A stretch of 57,278 nt of DNA, the filler included, from Sphacelaria rigidula (lineage: Eukaryota): the NCBI GenBank assembly GCA_964200075.2. It is 8 parts of 8 records of this genome, joined end to end, with 100 filler letters (N's around TTAATTAATTAA, not from the genome) between each part and the next. Parts side by side here need not be neighbours in the genome. Positions count along the whole stretch, not along the records: positions 21,519 to 28,590 come from CAXNAA020016634.1; positions 28,691 to 35,762 come from CAXNAA020016635.1; 6 more parts are not named here. The stretch is one strand, 5' to 3'. Position numbers and translations under genes: made by a program. Below the pieces are notes generated by a model, which ran no database searches, was not told the origin of the DNA, and saw nothing but the letters and a program-made list of their open reading frames with translations. The first letter of the stretch is position 1, and every line of letters starts with the position of its first letter. Of the stretch, positions 22,913 through 35,113 are shown in pieces.

Positions 22913-24135
22913 AGTCACATGTCTAGGCTACATTTGAGATACGAAGTATCAGTGCATGTGCCCTATTGTGTGAAGAGAAAGAAAGAACGTTCAGCCGCGC
23001 CACAATAAGCGCAAAGTCGAGTCATCACAATTTTTGAACCATAGCGCTAGCCTGTCAAAGGTTCTTCCAGGTGTTCATCGCTGATAACCGGAGACCCATA
23101 TGCATTTGTGCTACGGTGAGTTGAAATTATTACTTACAGGGCCGGTGGGCGAATATGGAGTTTTCGGTGCAAGAGCGACCATGGTGAAAGCTGTGCTGGC
23201 ACTTTCCGCCTCTCTACTGTGATTTGGGATGCTCTTCTTGCTCAAGGGGACGCTGACCTTGAAACTTGAAAAAATTACCATACAAAACTCGACCATTCCT
23301 CCCACCCATGTATGTACAATGTACCTCCGCACCCTATATCAGGTATGTATCTATTAATAAATGGTACATGAGAGTCAGCAGCACACTAAATTATGTTCGC
23401 GATACAGAACAGTGCGCCAGCAGCAGCGGGAGTAGCAGCAGACCGCGGCCGTTGCATTCCAGTGAGTACACTAATAGGAGGACTCGTTTGCACGTACAGT
23501 TTGTCAGCTGTACAACCGCTTCTGTTGGGTCAGAAGGAGAAGAGCACGGCCATAACGACTAAATAATTTTCTGCAGCACAAACGTCAAGATGTTCTTGAA
23601 ACTCGAAAATATATGTTGTGCATGACCAAAGATCACGTCAGCTGCTGCCGTGGAGATTCATTTGGTACTTTCGCATGCTGCTTACTGCTTGTAGGATGCA
23701 GTACCGAAACGTCCGTAGAGTTGCCATAGTATGTGTTGATGCGAGAGCACCAAGAGCCAGGTATTGGTCTGTACTTTCTATTAAGTTGACACAGAATCAA
23801 GCTATATAAGTACCAAGCTTTACTCGTAGCACCAACTGTCTTGGTAGTGCTGTCGAGGTATAAACACTAGCCATTTTTTATCCGCACCACCGACGGTATC
23901 CTCGTACCAGCTAACGCTGGCAGAGTCCCCACCCCACTGTCCGTGTTTTAAGTCGCTTTCCTGAGAAGAGCATGTTTATGAACTTGCTGCAAGGCGGGTT
24001 TGTGTACACTACGCGCACGATTCGCTGGGTATTCGTTCAGCATTCGCACACTACCATCTCATGCTGCCCCCCCACACCCATTGCTGTGTTGTTGCCTTTC
24101 TTCCAGGGTTTGTGCGACATTGATTGCGGCGCACC

Positions 24136-26952
24136 ATGACAGTCCAGTTCCGTGAAGCCAGTAGGCGGACGAAAGGTTCTTCACACGTGATGCGGTTCGT
24201 GCTTTCACGAACGCTTGAATTCACTGCCGATACACCGCGCGTCTCATCCCGGCTCTGTTGCTCTGGTTATAGACGCCAAGTGAGCAGCACCGTACGGGCG
24301 CGGTATCAGAGATTGTCTGGCAGCGGCGACACGACTTCAAGACAGTTCCCCGTACCTTGCTCTCGAGAAAACGGATTCGTGAGAGTGTCGGGACAAGCGT
24401 TGGCGTCCTGTGTCTCCCGAGGCCTGGCATTTCAGTCGTCAGGAGCACAACCGTCGACCAATAAATTCCATGAGGGTGAAGATAAACTCAGGGCGGTGGA
24501 TCCTAGTGTTGGAACCTCGGCGACCCCACAACGACTTGGAGTGTTAATGAGTGACAACAGGAAGCCGAGATACGCGAGGGAAGGCAACGCTAATAGGAAG
24601 AACATTGCAAAGTGGATACGTGCACAGAGTAGAGCACAAGCTCCCGACAAACATTTTGGCGAAGGGACACATTTAGGTGCACGCTACATGAGGGCTCTCA
24701 AGGAAGCCGGAGCGAAGCAAGACTGGTCAGCGGCGGAGGAAGTGCTGGCCAAGGCTTTAGCAACGGAAGGTATCGATAATATGCGTTTCTTCAACGCTAC
24801 GGTGGATGTCTTCGCAAGATGCCGAAAGTGGGAGAAAGCACTGGAGCTGATGGGTGCGATGAGGGAGGCGGGCGAAAATCCGGACGTATTCACATATGTT
24901 GGAGCTATCAAGGCCTGCGGCCGTAGTGACCGGTGGGAGTACGCGTTAGAATTATTGAAGGATATGCAGCTGCGAGGTGTTCCTCCCAACGTGGTTGCAT
25001 ACAATGCAACCATGAAGGCATGCGGAGACGGCGGGCAGTGGAAGGTAGCGCTGTCTCTACTGGCGGAGATGCGAAAGGCAGCGCTGCAAAGAAATACTGT
25101 GTCCTACAACACGGCAATTAAGGCATGCGGAGACAGCGGGCAATGGGAGAAGGCCGTGGATCTCCTTCGTGAAATGCGTGAGAATGGTGTAGACCCTGTG
25201 ATCGTGAGCTACAACACGGCGATAAAGGCGTGCGGGGACTGTCAGCAATGGGAGAAGGCATTAAATCTCTTGGAAGAGATGCGAGCTGAGGGTATAACCC
25301 CTGACGTTGTGAGCTATACATCAGCGATTAAAGCAAGCGGAGATGGTGGCCAATGGGAGCAGGCAATGCTTTTGCTAGAGGAGATGCGCGAGAGGGGTGT
25401 GGCCCCGAATGCTGTGACCTACAGCACCGCGATGAAGGCATGCGGGGATAGTAGGCAGTGGGAGCTGGCGTTGTCTCTGTTGCGCGAGATGCAAAACGAA
25501 GGTATTCGGCAGAACGTCGTAAGCTACAGTATAGCCATGAAAGCGTGCGGAGACGGTGGGCAGTGGAAGGAGGCTTTGGCGCTGTTGAGGGAGATGCAGG
25601 TCAAGGGTATCGCACCTAACACTATCGCGTATAACTCGGCGATCATGGCTTGTGTAGATAGCAGACAACTGGAGAAAGCGTTGGAGGTACTTATGAGCAT
25701 GCAGGTGAGGGGCACGTCGCCCAATGTTGTTACGTATAATACACTCATAAAAGCGTGCGAGGACAGTGGTCAATGGTGGAAAGCTGTGGAGCTACTGAGT
25801 GAGATGCGTTCGAAGGACTTGAAGCCTGACGTTGTGAGCTACAGCTCGGCAATGAACGCATGCGCGAGTGCTGGACAGTATGAGAAGGCTTCGGGCTTGC
25901 TGATGGAAATGAAGGCAAATGGGGTTACTCCGAACTGTATAACGTACAACACGTCCATCAAAGCTCATGGGAACGGTGGGCAGTGGGAGCAAGCCTTGGC
26001 GCTACTGCAAGAAATGCGGGACGAGGGTCTCACGCCGGATGTGCAGACCTTCGGTGCAGTCATGAAAGCATGTGGCGATTGTGGACAGTGGGAGAAGACA
26101 CTGGATCTGTTCCAGGACATGCGGACTCGGGCGGTCACACCTGACCTCGGGAGCTACAACGTTGCGATGAAGGCATGCGGAGACGGTGGGCAGTGGCAGC
26201 AGGCTCTGGCTCTGCTGCAAGAGATGCAAGCAAAAGATGTCGAGGCTGACGTTTGCAGCTACAACACAGCTATGAAGGCATGCGGGGATGGTGGTCAGTT
26301 GGATAAAGTTTTTGATTTGTTGACGGAGATGAACATGCAGGGCACGCGGCCGGATAGTGTCACGTACCACACTATCATGACGTTATGCGGGGAAATTGGG
26401 CAATGGGAAAAGGTTTTGGATATTTTCGGTGAAATGCAGACCCAAGGCTTGGTGCCTAGCACTGTCAGTTACAATTGTGTCCTGCGAGCGTTCGGGAACG
26501 GCGGGCAGTGGGAAATGGCCTTAAATTTCTTGGCGGAGATGGCAGCAAAGGGTACGACACGCGACGAGGTGACATTCAACATTGCTATGAAGTCATGCAG
26601 TGACTGTGGTCAGTGGGAGAAGACTTTGGGTTTGTTGAGAGAGATGAAATCTGAGGGGATTAACCCTAGCGTCGTAAACTACAGCACGGCAATGAAAGCG
26701 TGCGCGGACGGCGGACAGTGGGAAAGAGCGTTAGAGCTATTGGAGGAGATGAAGGCCCAAAACGTACCGCCTGATCAGATCACCTATAACACTGTCATGA
26801 AGGGGTGCGGCGACAATGGACAGTGGGGAGAGGCTTGCTGGTTGCTCAGAGAGATGCGCTCGAAACGTGTGGCGCAGGGCGTTTCGAGCTACAACACCGC
26901 TATCTTCGCCTGTCTGAGTGCCCACAGGAGAAATCTTCTTCAGCATGTGTAG
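24136..26952 (+). CDS. P-type pentatricopeptide repeat (PPR) protein: 20 full 35-aa repeats plus a degenerate first and partial last, single coding exon, likely organelle-targeted
   Basis: Uninterrupted ORF with consensus VVSYNTAMKACGDGGQWEKALxLLxEMxxxGVxP[DN]. First ATG is at 24136 (in-frame TGA at 24121), with an alternative at 24190. The N-terminus is Arg/Ser-rich. A polypyrimidine-CAG at 24091-24106 suggests a 5'UTR intron. No E/DYW or SMR domain. Confidence 0.95.
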   Translation: MTVQFREASRRTKGSSHVMRFVLSRTLEFTADTPRVSSRLCCSGYRRQVSSTVRARYQRLSGSGDTTSRQFPVPCSRENGFVRVSGQALASCVSRGLAFQSSGAQPSTNKFHEGEDKLRAVDPSVGTSATPQRLGVLMSDNRKPRYAREGNANRKNIAKWIRAQSRAQAPDKHFGEGTHLGARYMRALKEAGAKQDWSAAEEVLAKALATEGIDNMRFFNATVDVFARCRKWEKALELMGAMREAGENPDVFTYVGAIKACGRSDRWEYALELLKDMQLRGVPPNVVAYNATMKACGDGGQWKVALSLLAEMRKAALQRNTVSYNTAIKACGDSGQWEKAVDLLREMRENGVDPVIVSYNTAIKACGDCQQWEKALNLLEEMRAEGITPDVVSYTSAIKASGDGGQWEQAMLLLEEMRERGVAPNAVTYSTAMKACGDSRQWELALSLLREMQNEGIRQNVVSYSIAMKACGDGGQWKEALALLREMQVKGIAPNTIAYNSAIMACVDSRQLEKALEVLMSMQVRGTSPNVVTYNTLIKACEDSGQWWKAVELLSEMRSKDLKPDVVSYSSAMNACASAGQYEKASGLLMEMKANGVTPNCITYNTSIKAHGNGGQWEQALALLQEMRDEGLTPDVQTFGAVMKACGDCGQWEKTLDLFQDMRTRAVTPDLGSYNVAMKACGDGGQWQQALALLQEMQAKDVEADVCSYNTAMKACGDGGQLDKVFDLLTEMNMQGTRPDSVTYHTIMTLCGEIGQWEKVLDIFGEMQTQGLVPSTVSYNCVLRAFGNGGQWEMALNFLAEMAAKGTTRDEVTFNIAMKSCSDCGQWEKTLGLLREMKSEGINPSVVNYSTAMKACADGGQWERALELLEEMKAQNVPPDQITYNTVMKGCGDNGQWGEACWLLREMRSKRVAQGVSSYNTAIFACLSAHRRNLLQHV

Positions 26953-27489
26953 TAGAGAAGGGACATTCCTGGAAGCCTGCTGGGCCAGAGCTTTCCAGTA
27001 TGGGGGCATCATGCTCGACGTGTAACCGCCTAGATCATTGTGTACATTCATAGATTGCTCTGCTTCGCATCGTGCTACCAATTTTCCTTTTTCCTCTTCC
27101 TTTTTTGGGCTACTTTTCATGTATAAAAAACAAGTTATCAGAAAAGCCCTTTTTCAACAACACGTTTTCCAACAGAATTTTTCAAACTAGCCCTTCTTAC
27201 GTGATCGATGCACTATCGACATTGAAAACGCAGTTTTCATCGTTTTCTATGAGGTGTGCTGGCATAATTTCAAATTCTGGGGCGCGCGAGAGAGACGCAG
27301 CACTCTGCTGTCCTGTCGTGGTGTACGGTCCGTACTGACTAGCTGTACTTCTATGATACATTACCTGAGCAATACATGGTGGGCTGCGTGACGCAAGACC
27401 ATGAATGAGAATACGAGTACTGCCTTGCTGTATCAACTGACAGTAGAAGTGACGGTTGTGCTTTTTCACTGCACGGTACTGTAGTACTT

Positions 27490-27935
27490 GACTGAAATGA
27501 CAGCACAGACAACAGTACACACAACAGTGCTGTATTGCATGCATCGGCTGTAGTAATACGAGAGTAACACTGTTCATAGTCTTGTGTGTACTGTCAGTAT
27601 GGTCCTGTATCTACAAGGCTTGGGTGCGTGGGCAGTCTGTACTGCAAAGCGACGTCTGTTCACAACAAGCTGCATGTACAGACCTCAACTGAGCTGCACA
27701 AGTTCGCTGCACTGTAGTACTCGGTTGTACGGGCACCACAGACAACAATACAGACACCACTGTTGTGTTGTATGCGTTGGATGTACTGCAGTAGAAGCAC
27801 CACCTATCTCATTGTATTGTGTGTACTGTCAGTCCGGTCCTGTCTCTACAAGGCTTGGGTGCGTGGGCAGTCTGTAAAGCATTGCGGCGGCTCTTCGCAA
27901 CATGCTGCGTGCACAGACATGAACTGAGCTACAAT
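27490..27935. repeat. Diverged ~235-bp tandem repeat (about 2 copies)
   Basis: GTGTGTACTGTCAGT..GGTCCTGT.TCTACAAGGCTTGGGTGCGTGGGCAGTCTGTA occurs at 27584 and 27819. The preceding CACAGACAACA.TACA segments also pair (~27504 and ~27737). Confidence 0.75.
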
Positions 27936-28168
27936 ATTGTACGGACAACATGCAGGCTGTCCTGTCTGTACAGCAGTCATCGACCCTGCCCTCTGCTGTT
28001 CTCATGGGGTAGAGTGCCACCACGCTACTGGCGAGCGAAGGAAAATGATGCAACATGAAAAATGCCCGCGAGCACCGGCGACAGCATTAGTAGTGATGGC
28101 AACCAGGCCATCACAGGTGTTGTAGCGGGCTGTGATGTGTGTTCAAACGAGGTTCAAACGCTTTTTCA

Positions 28169-28336
28169 ATAACGTTTTTCGATAGCCCAAGGTTATCAGA
28201 CAATCACGATTTCCTGATAACCTGGGGCTGTTGGAAAATGTTATCAGAGAAGTTTCTATCAGAAAACGCGTTTTCTGATGGAGTTTTTTCGATACATAAG
28301 AAGTAGCCTAAGGCTACTTCTTATGTATCGAAAAAA
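28169..28336. repeat. Cluster of three adjacent inverted repeats/palindromes
   Basis: Imperfect ~30-bp stem 28169-28199 / 28214-28244. Perfect 22-bp palindrome ATCAGAAAACGCGTTTTCTGAT at 28258-28279. Perfect 26-bp arms 28284-28309 / 28311-28336 with a 1-nt spacer. Confidence 0.9.
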
Positions 28337-28590
28337 TAACTTGTTGAAAAGTGCTTTTTCGACCCTACTCCGTCGTTTATGCTCCGAAAAGAGGGCTCAG
28401 CGGATGTTGACACCTTGGAATGACTCACTCTACTCGCTGAGACCGTTCCAGAGCACCCTTGCGTTTTCTGTAGGTCACAGTGTCGTGCTTGGCCAAAAAT
28501 TCATTTTCAATAACAAACGGTCAAGTTATCAAAAAATATAACTTAACAGCAAATTGTGAGAATTGAGGTTTAACTCTGAATTGAGGCTCA

Positions 28591-28690
28591 NNNNNNNNNN
28601 NNNNNNNNNNNNNNNNNNNNNNNNNNNNNNNNNNTTAATTAATTAANNNNNNNNNNNNNNNNNNNNNNNNNNNNNNNNNNNNNNNNNNNN
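28591..28690. other. Artificial contig linker
   Basis: N44-TTAATTAATTAA-N44. Confidence 0.97.
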
Positions 28691-30008
28691 GTTGAAAGCA
28701 GCAACGGTTGTTCGAACAAGCTTGCTGTGGATCAATAAGGCTCATCCATACTGCATGACACCGTTTGCAACCAAATAGAAGCGCAACGGAAGTGTGGAAG
28801 GATATCTGACACACTTATGTGCCTCTTTTTTCGTGCAACCAAATACCCCCCCCCCTTATCGTAGGATGACTCATGATGGGGAAGAATCTCGGTTATTTTC
28901 CGCGATTCCATGTGATGCCTACGTGATGGTAAATCACCGAGTGCGTGAATTAAACTAGTTCTTTGGGAATTGCCAATGGTCCTCAGAAACGACCGGCGGG
29001 TATGAACCCAAGATTCCAGTCGAATGTGTGCTTGTGTTCACAAAAAATGGCATTATTGAAGCGTTGATCTTGCCCCAGAAGTCGGATGAGGATTGTACCC
29101 GATTAGCCGCGTGTACCTGCTGCTACTACAGCTTTGATTGGCTTGAGGTACAGTGCGTCACGCTGATTTGTATGTAGATGACAAGGTTGTATGCGTAGCT
29201 AGGAGCTTTGCAGGGTAATCGTGAGCAGCATCGCCCACGAAGCCCACTTGCAACTCACCTGCCAGAGAAACAGCTACCGTAGAACTAATCAAAAGAAGGA
29301 CCATCAGCTTTTCATCTGCTCTACGCGACGTCTCATCTTCTGCCGGCAAGCCGTGACGAGCTATAACACGAGTAAACCACGAGTAACATAACCCCTTTGG
29401 TGTCGCTTGGTGTTTCCTTTTCCGAACGAGCTCGGTCCTTACTTTCAATAGCAGCTGTCTGCTGTTGACGAGTGTCGTGTGCGAGTGAGACCTACTGTTT
29501 GAGTTAACGAGCCGAAAACAGGACCAGTGCGTCACATACTCACCCATCTTGGGCTGTGACTTGCTCTGCTAACGAATACTTTGACATTCATGGGGCTTAA
29601 GAGGTAGCTTGTTCCCTTAAGCTGTACGGTTCCTCTTAACTCGGCTGCTGCCAATGCATCCGCTGAACACAAGCTCACGTCCGTTTTGTTTTTCCAATCC
29701 TTTGTAAATTCAGCCCTTGTCTTCACTTGATATTTGTGTACCCGATTTAGCGGTGTATAACACCAAGATAATTAGACAGCTTCTTAGACAGCTGTTCTCT
29801 CTTTTACTCGGAGTTTGACAGACATCCTGACTCGAGTTAGCTGCAGGTCTCCGATGTGTCATACAGTACCCACGTTGGTCTCAGGCAATGGCGACCGAAT
29901 CACAAGGCGCTCCAGGTGCGAGCGCCCACGCAAGCATTTTTTTGCTACACAACCAACCACCCCCCAAACACCCCGCGACCGCCCCTGCTCACAGTCCGTC
30001 GACCCGGT

Positions 30009-30259
30009 GACTGCTGCCGAGATAGCCCCCCCCCCAAACCGGCCAAAAATGTGCACGGAGGCGATGATCATAAATGCCGTTAGAGCTGGTTTCGTGTTCC
30101 ACGACGCGACCTATTGGGGCGTTATAGCTGATTCCGGACTGCTACAAGCCTTTCATGTGGGCGGCATTGCTGCAAATGAGCCCAATAGTGGGATCGCAGC
30201 CGGTTTGTCGGACAGTCTCCCGTGCACTTTTTGTGGGGGGGGGTATCTCGGCATTAGTC
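30009..30259 (+). mobile_element. MITE, ~250 bp, GACT...AGTC termini, copy 1
   Basis: TIRs GACTGCTGCCGAGATAGCCCCCCC / GGGGGGGTATCTCGGCATTAGTC, with CGGT on both flanks (30005-30008 and 30260-30263). Confidence 0.85.
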
Positions 30260-30636
30260 CGGTATCAACCGAATCGACCGACATGTGTCCCATCACACAC
30301 CGAATCATGCTTGCCTGTAACGATTACGCGGGCTATTTCAACCGCCGCCCGCTGCGCAGACGATGTTTCTTCCAAACACGGAACGTTGATCCACCATGCG
30401 CACCGAATGACATCGATGCGACATGATGGGCCAGGACGGAGGATGTTTTATGTACACGAGCATGATTGCACACGGCGAGGCGCGAGGCTCGTGTTACTTG
30501 TGCACAAGCTCTCGACTCTGTACTCTTTTCATTTTGACACGGCACCAGGGCATACTAAAGTTTGATTGCCGCTCCACCAACACGCACTACAGTACATGAT
30601 TGTCCAGAAGGCCGCATACGTTTCGCGGTGAAATAT

Positions 30637-33600
30637 TGTTACGAATTGAAGTACTGACCACAGCACAGAACCGTCTGAGTTCCAAAGGGTCTCGGCGGGC
30701 AATATGTTGCGGACGGTGAGGTGCCGTGCTGTAGCATACGTTGGTACTGTGCACTATCTAAACGAAGTCATCTATATCGTATTGTAGATATGAACACGAC
30801 GCGCGTATAGCGTTGTGTCGGGTTTTCTTCAGGTGATACGAACCAATTGACATCGTACTGCACTGCCGACCACCCCCGCTGCGCCACGCGAATATCATAT
30901 GTACTGTACTGTGCCACACAGCATTTTGCTGTCTGGTGCTTTGTACGCTGCTGTTGTACTGCTCTACATACGTGTATTACGGTCACGCTTGTACATTTAT
31001 TGACTGTTTACCTGCACGAGGATACGTCATTGACCCCCGACTTGGTTATGTTCAGCGAAGTACGCGGTACTGTCATGAGTATCGCCAGCTGCGCTGGTAT
31101 TGCCTCTGGAAACACGGCATCCGGTAGGTATATATGTTTTTCTCAACCTCAACGGGTTCTCAAAACAGAACTGAGCGGTTTGACGTTGCTGTTCGCTGCA
31201 TCCCACACGTCTATTCCTTCGTGGCATGCAGGTTTGTTAATGCGCTATTGCGCTGGTGACAGACACTGTATGTTTGTTGCTTGTGAGAACCTTCGTTTTC
31301 TTGTCTCTTGCTGTTACAAATTATTCCAACACGCACACACCTACGTTTTGTTGTGTGCCTTCGACATATATTTTCCCCGTTTGTCTGCACCTGATTGACA
31401 AAGTATTAGATCTCATGCATGTGCGGAGTGCGCGGAACTACATGTCGATCGACTGTCGACAGTACCCTGCCACTCTGTTTCTTTTTGTTTTGTTCACTCC
31501 GCTTCAGTCTTCAACAACTAAGCTGTCTCCCACGACGAAACGTTCACTTTTTAACCATGTCTGATATCAACCGCCCTCCGACTTCATCGGAGCACGATGT
31601 CACGAAGGACGGTGCGCTCCCTGCAGACAGTGGTAAAACAACTGTACGATCACCCATGCATACTGAGACGGTTGCCAACAACAATCCGGAACGTTTCGAT
31701 GTCGATGATAGCGTTCTTCCAGGGCACATTCTCAGGGATGTGGCTGAAGATTTCGATGAGGACCGTAGTTCTCCTCCCCATGCCCATCCCCCCCCTCTCT
31801 CAGTGAACATACCTCTACATCAACCAGCCACCCAAAACGCTGATGGTGTTCCCACTTTTCACTCTCAGATGGCATCCCTCCAAGTGAGCCCTGATGCTAA
31901 GAAAACCTTTCCTGACGATGACCTCTGCACCCAACCGGTGCTGAACCCTCTGATCGCCCCACTCTGGCTTCTGATACGCCACCCAAATCAGAACAATCCC
32001 TGCCCACGCGTGACGAACCACACGACCGGCTTCGGCAAAACTGCCCAGCCTTCATTCCCCCGCGCCATTGGTACAATTTTTCGGTGACGGAACAAACTGA
32101 GTGCCGGCACCAGCTTCGAAACAACAGTCTCGAACAGTCAACCGTGCGTGGACAGACTTGGAATTTGCTCGCCTCGTGGCGGGTCAACGTGAAAGTTTTC
32201 CAGGGGTCCAGGAGGCCGCGCAGGCCCCCCGTAATGTAGATGTCCACCCCGAAAAAATGCCAGCAGAACAGAATGAAGAAAAAACGCGCGATACGCAAAT
32301 CCACGAAGGCCCTGGAAATTGCGGAGCAAGAATATAAGCTGTTGACAAAAAGACACTTGGAAGCTTCGCGTCATTTCGGACAATGTTGGCAAGTCTGGCA
32401 ATCACAACTGCGTTCATACGGTCGCCTCCTCCGCCCCAGAAGCGACAACTGATTCACCGCCTGACCCACCTGACCTGGCACACTTTCAACCACATGCACC
32501 GACCCATTCACAAAACGGTAGACGTTTACACATGAGCGGACCTAGTACCGCGGCTGAACCCCGCTAGGACGGTACCCACACAGCACTGATACTCCCCTCA
32601 CAACTTGACAACCTTTTGGGAACGTTCTAAAAGCTGCGGAGATTCCAAATAGCATACAGTGGGGTAACCCAGGACGCGTTGCTAACCCCAAAACCTGAGC
32701 CCCGCCACCTGCCCGTTTATTTTCTACTCCTGTAATTCATTTCCCATTGGTTGGTACAATCCCACGATTAGAAATGAGCAATGACCGGTAATTCAACGCA
32801 GTACTATCCAACAATTTTATGTCAACCATTTGTTTTCGCTCGGCCAGGTCACACACATCACACGCACGAATCAGCGGTGGCCACCGCGGGTTCAACCATG
32901 TGGTGTGGGTTCCCTGGATGTGCTGACACTGCCTTGAAGGGTTCGAAAACAGTCGAAGCCCCTGCACCGTTGCATGGCTATCAATTGAGCAGTGACCAAA
33001 CCCAACGTTTAACTCTGGATTTGATCACCCAGCTTTACATTCATCAGGTACTAATCATATTCAATCGAATCCCCCCCCTTCGAAGGAGAGGAAATCATGT
33101 GGTGCAGTTTCTCACGCACCAGGAGCCGAAATATCTTCTGCTTTGATAGACACTGCTGCTCCGACCGTTCATCGGGGAACACAAAACTCAAAGCCACACA
33201 CTCACGCACCCTCCAACTGCTCAAGTGCCCGGCTAACCACCCTACCGAGTTCCGCAAAAACTACGGTACCTGGCTCCTTTTTATTCGATGAGCGTCACTA
33301 TTCCTTGAAGGGTCGCAACCGCAAAGAACCCATGCTTTCCGTCGCTCAGCGGGTTGGAATGGAACTCCAAGTGACAGCGACTCAGGTGGTGCGCCAAGAG
33401 CGGTTGTTCGACTGTACAAGAACTCATTTCAATAGCTCCTGGAGCCGCCGACCCTTTCGTGCGCTACACGCGCCACCAGAGGCTGGCCACTCCAGATGAT
33501 CATGTAGATAACCCTGATGTAGGAAGCGCACGTGAACTCCACGGCGGAGATTGCGTGTGGGCTCAGACAGATGAGAACCTTACAGTGGAACAGGCCGGTA

Positions 33601-35113
33601 CTCCCCAGGTTTCGAACAGATCGTTACTGCTCCCTGACCACCCCGCGTGCACTACGCTAGAACCCCTTTCCGATGAAGCGTTGCCGTCTGTAGGGACAGA
33701 GACTTCGCCGACTCATGGGCGTTCGCATCCTAGTCATGAAGTCACCTCCATCGTGTGTTCGTCACCAGGCAAACAAAGTGTTACGCAAGACGACTCGTCT
33801 CCTAACTCGCCCACGTTGGCCCCATTAATAGACGCCGGGTTGAACAGTACAGCTTTACCAACCTCGCGTCCTGACGAATCGTCTCCGAAACCTCCCATGT
33901 TGGCCCCAACTAGTGATGATATTGAGTTGATTAGCGTATCAAACTCAACACCCCGCCCCGATGAATCGTCCCCTGTTCCGACGAAGCTGGATAATGTAAT
34001 TGATCCCGCTTTACACAGTGACGATTCGCCCCCTCTGCTGGCCAATAAGGGTGAAACAACACGCACAAATCAGTTGTCAGGTCCAACCACGACAACTGCC
34101 CTTCCCCGGCATCGCCCCTCCGTTGCAGTATATGAGATTCAACCCTCGACTGATGAGACAAACATTCCGGGCGCAAACACTGACACTCCATGCACGCACC
34201 ATCCTTCCGACCAAAAGCTTGTCCCACAAGATCATAAACGGGTGCATTTTAGCACCTTTGTTCAAAACGCGAAGCAGGATGTGTCAGATGCCATACCCGA
34301 ATTCGGGCCGGATCTCATCAGTGGTATTGCAACTGTGGATGATGCTTCCTTTACGACTCAGATAGGTTTACATAACGGAGCGCGTGCAAGCTGTCATTTG
34401 ATAGCTCTTGCACACCACCAGACTCTGGTTCCCCTCAAACGTTCATCACCTCCAGCTGCTGGCCACAGATGATCAACGCGGGCGCGGCGGACAAATATTG
34501 TTTGTCCACCGTGCACCCTCGTGTTTTCGGTGGGTTTGGTTCCTCCACATCTCTCACGGTCAATCAATCGGTGAGACTAAGTGTACAATTCTACCAGGAT
34601 ACTACTCCCACTGCTCGGTTGTCCGTACGGGCACTAATAGTGCCCGACGGTTCCATGCCTTTTGATCTTTTCTTGGGTCGAGATAGTTGGCTTCGATTTT
34701 CCACACACACGTATACGACGGACACACCTGTCCCGAACCGTCCAGTCACAAGCAAACTGTCTCTGGGTCACTTCGACACTGATTCGGGAGCTCATGCTCA
34801 TGAGGATGACCCCACCAATACAGGTAATGCTTTCCGTCTGTACTGTGTTGGTGAACCGGTAATCTCGCTTTCTCGTGAACCCCAACTAATCCAAGTGAAC
34901 CTCGTGAGACGCAATGGATCGCCCGCCCTCACAGGACATTATTTGGTCGAGTTGCTCAAACCTGACCAAGCACAGGTTGGTCCGTTTGAACAGACCGAAG
35001 TTTTTGTCCATCAAAGTAGGCAGGCCATTTACCTCACGTCTCCTGCGTGTTTCGATATACTCAACGGTTAGTTGTTGGGTTATGCTCAAGCGCCTCTCAT
35101 ACAAACCGCCCTG
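30637..35113 (+). mobile_element. Decayed Ty3/Gypsy-type LTR retrotransposon (possible 5' LTR, gag-like region, aspartic protease)
   Basis: Retropepsin motifs DSGSPQTFI (34421) and FDLFLGRDSW lie in ORF ~34408-35071, after long Pro/Ser/Thr-rich broken ORFs (31557-34472). A tentative LTR TGTTAC(30637)...GAAACA(31114) is followed by PBS-like CGGCATCCGGTAGG. The LTR call and the Gypsy assignment are weaker than the protease call. Confidence 0.6.

Noticed and set aside
13541..26952. Functional cluster of transposase, membrane protein and PPR gene
   Set aside because: The three lie on different, artificially joined contigs.
24221..27120. Antisense ORFs over the PPR gene
   Set aside because: Shadow frames of the repetitive coding sequence.
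29158..29726. Two minus-strand ORFs as a host gene
   Set aside because: No recognisable domain, and I could not build a consistent splice model.
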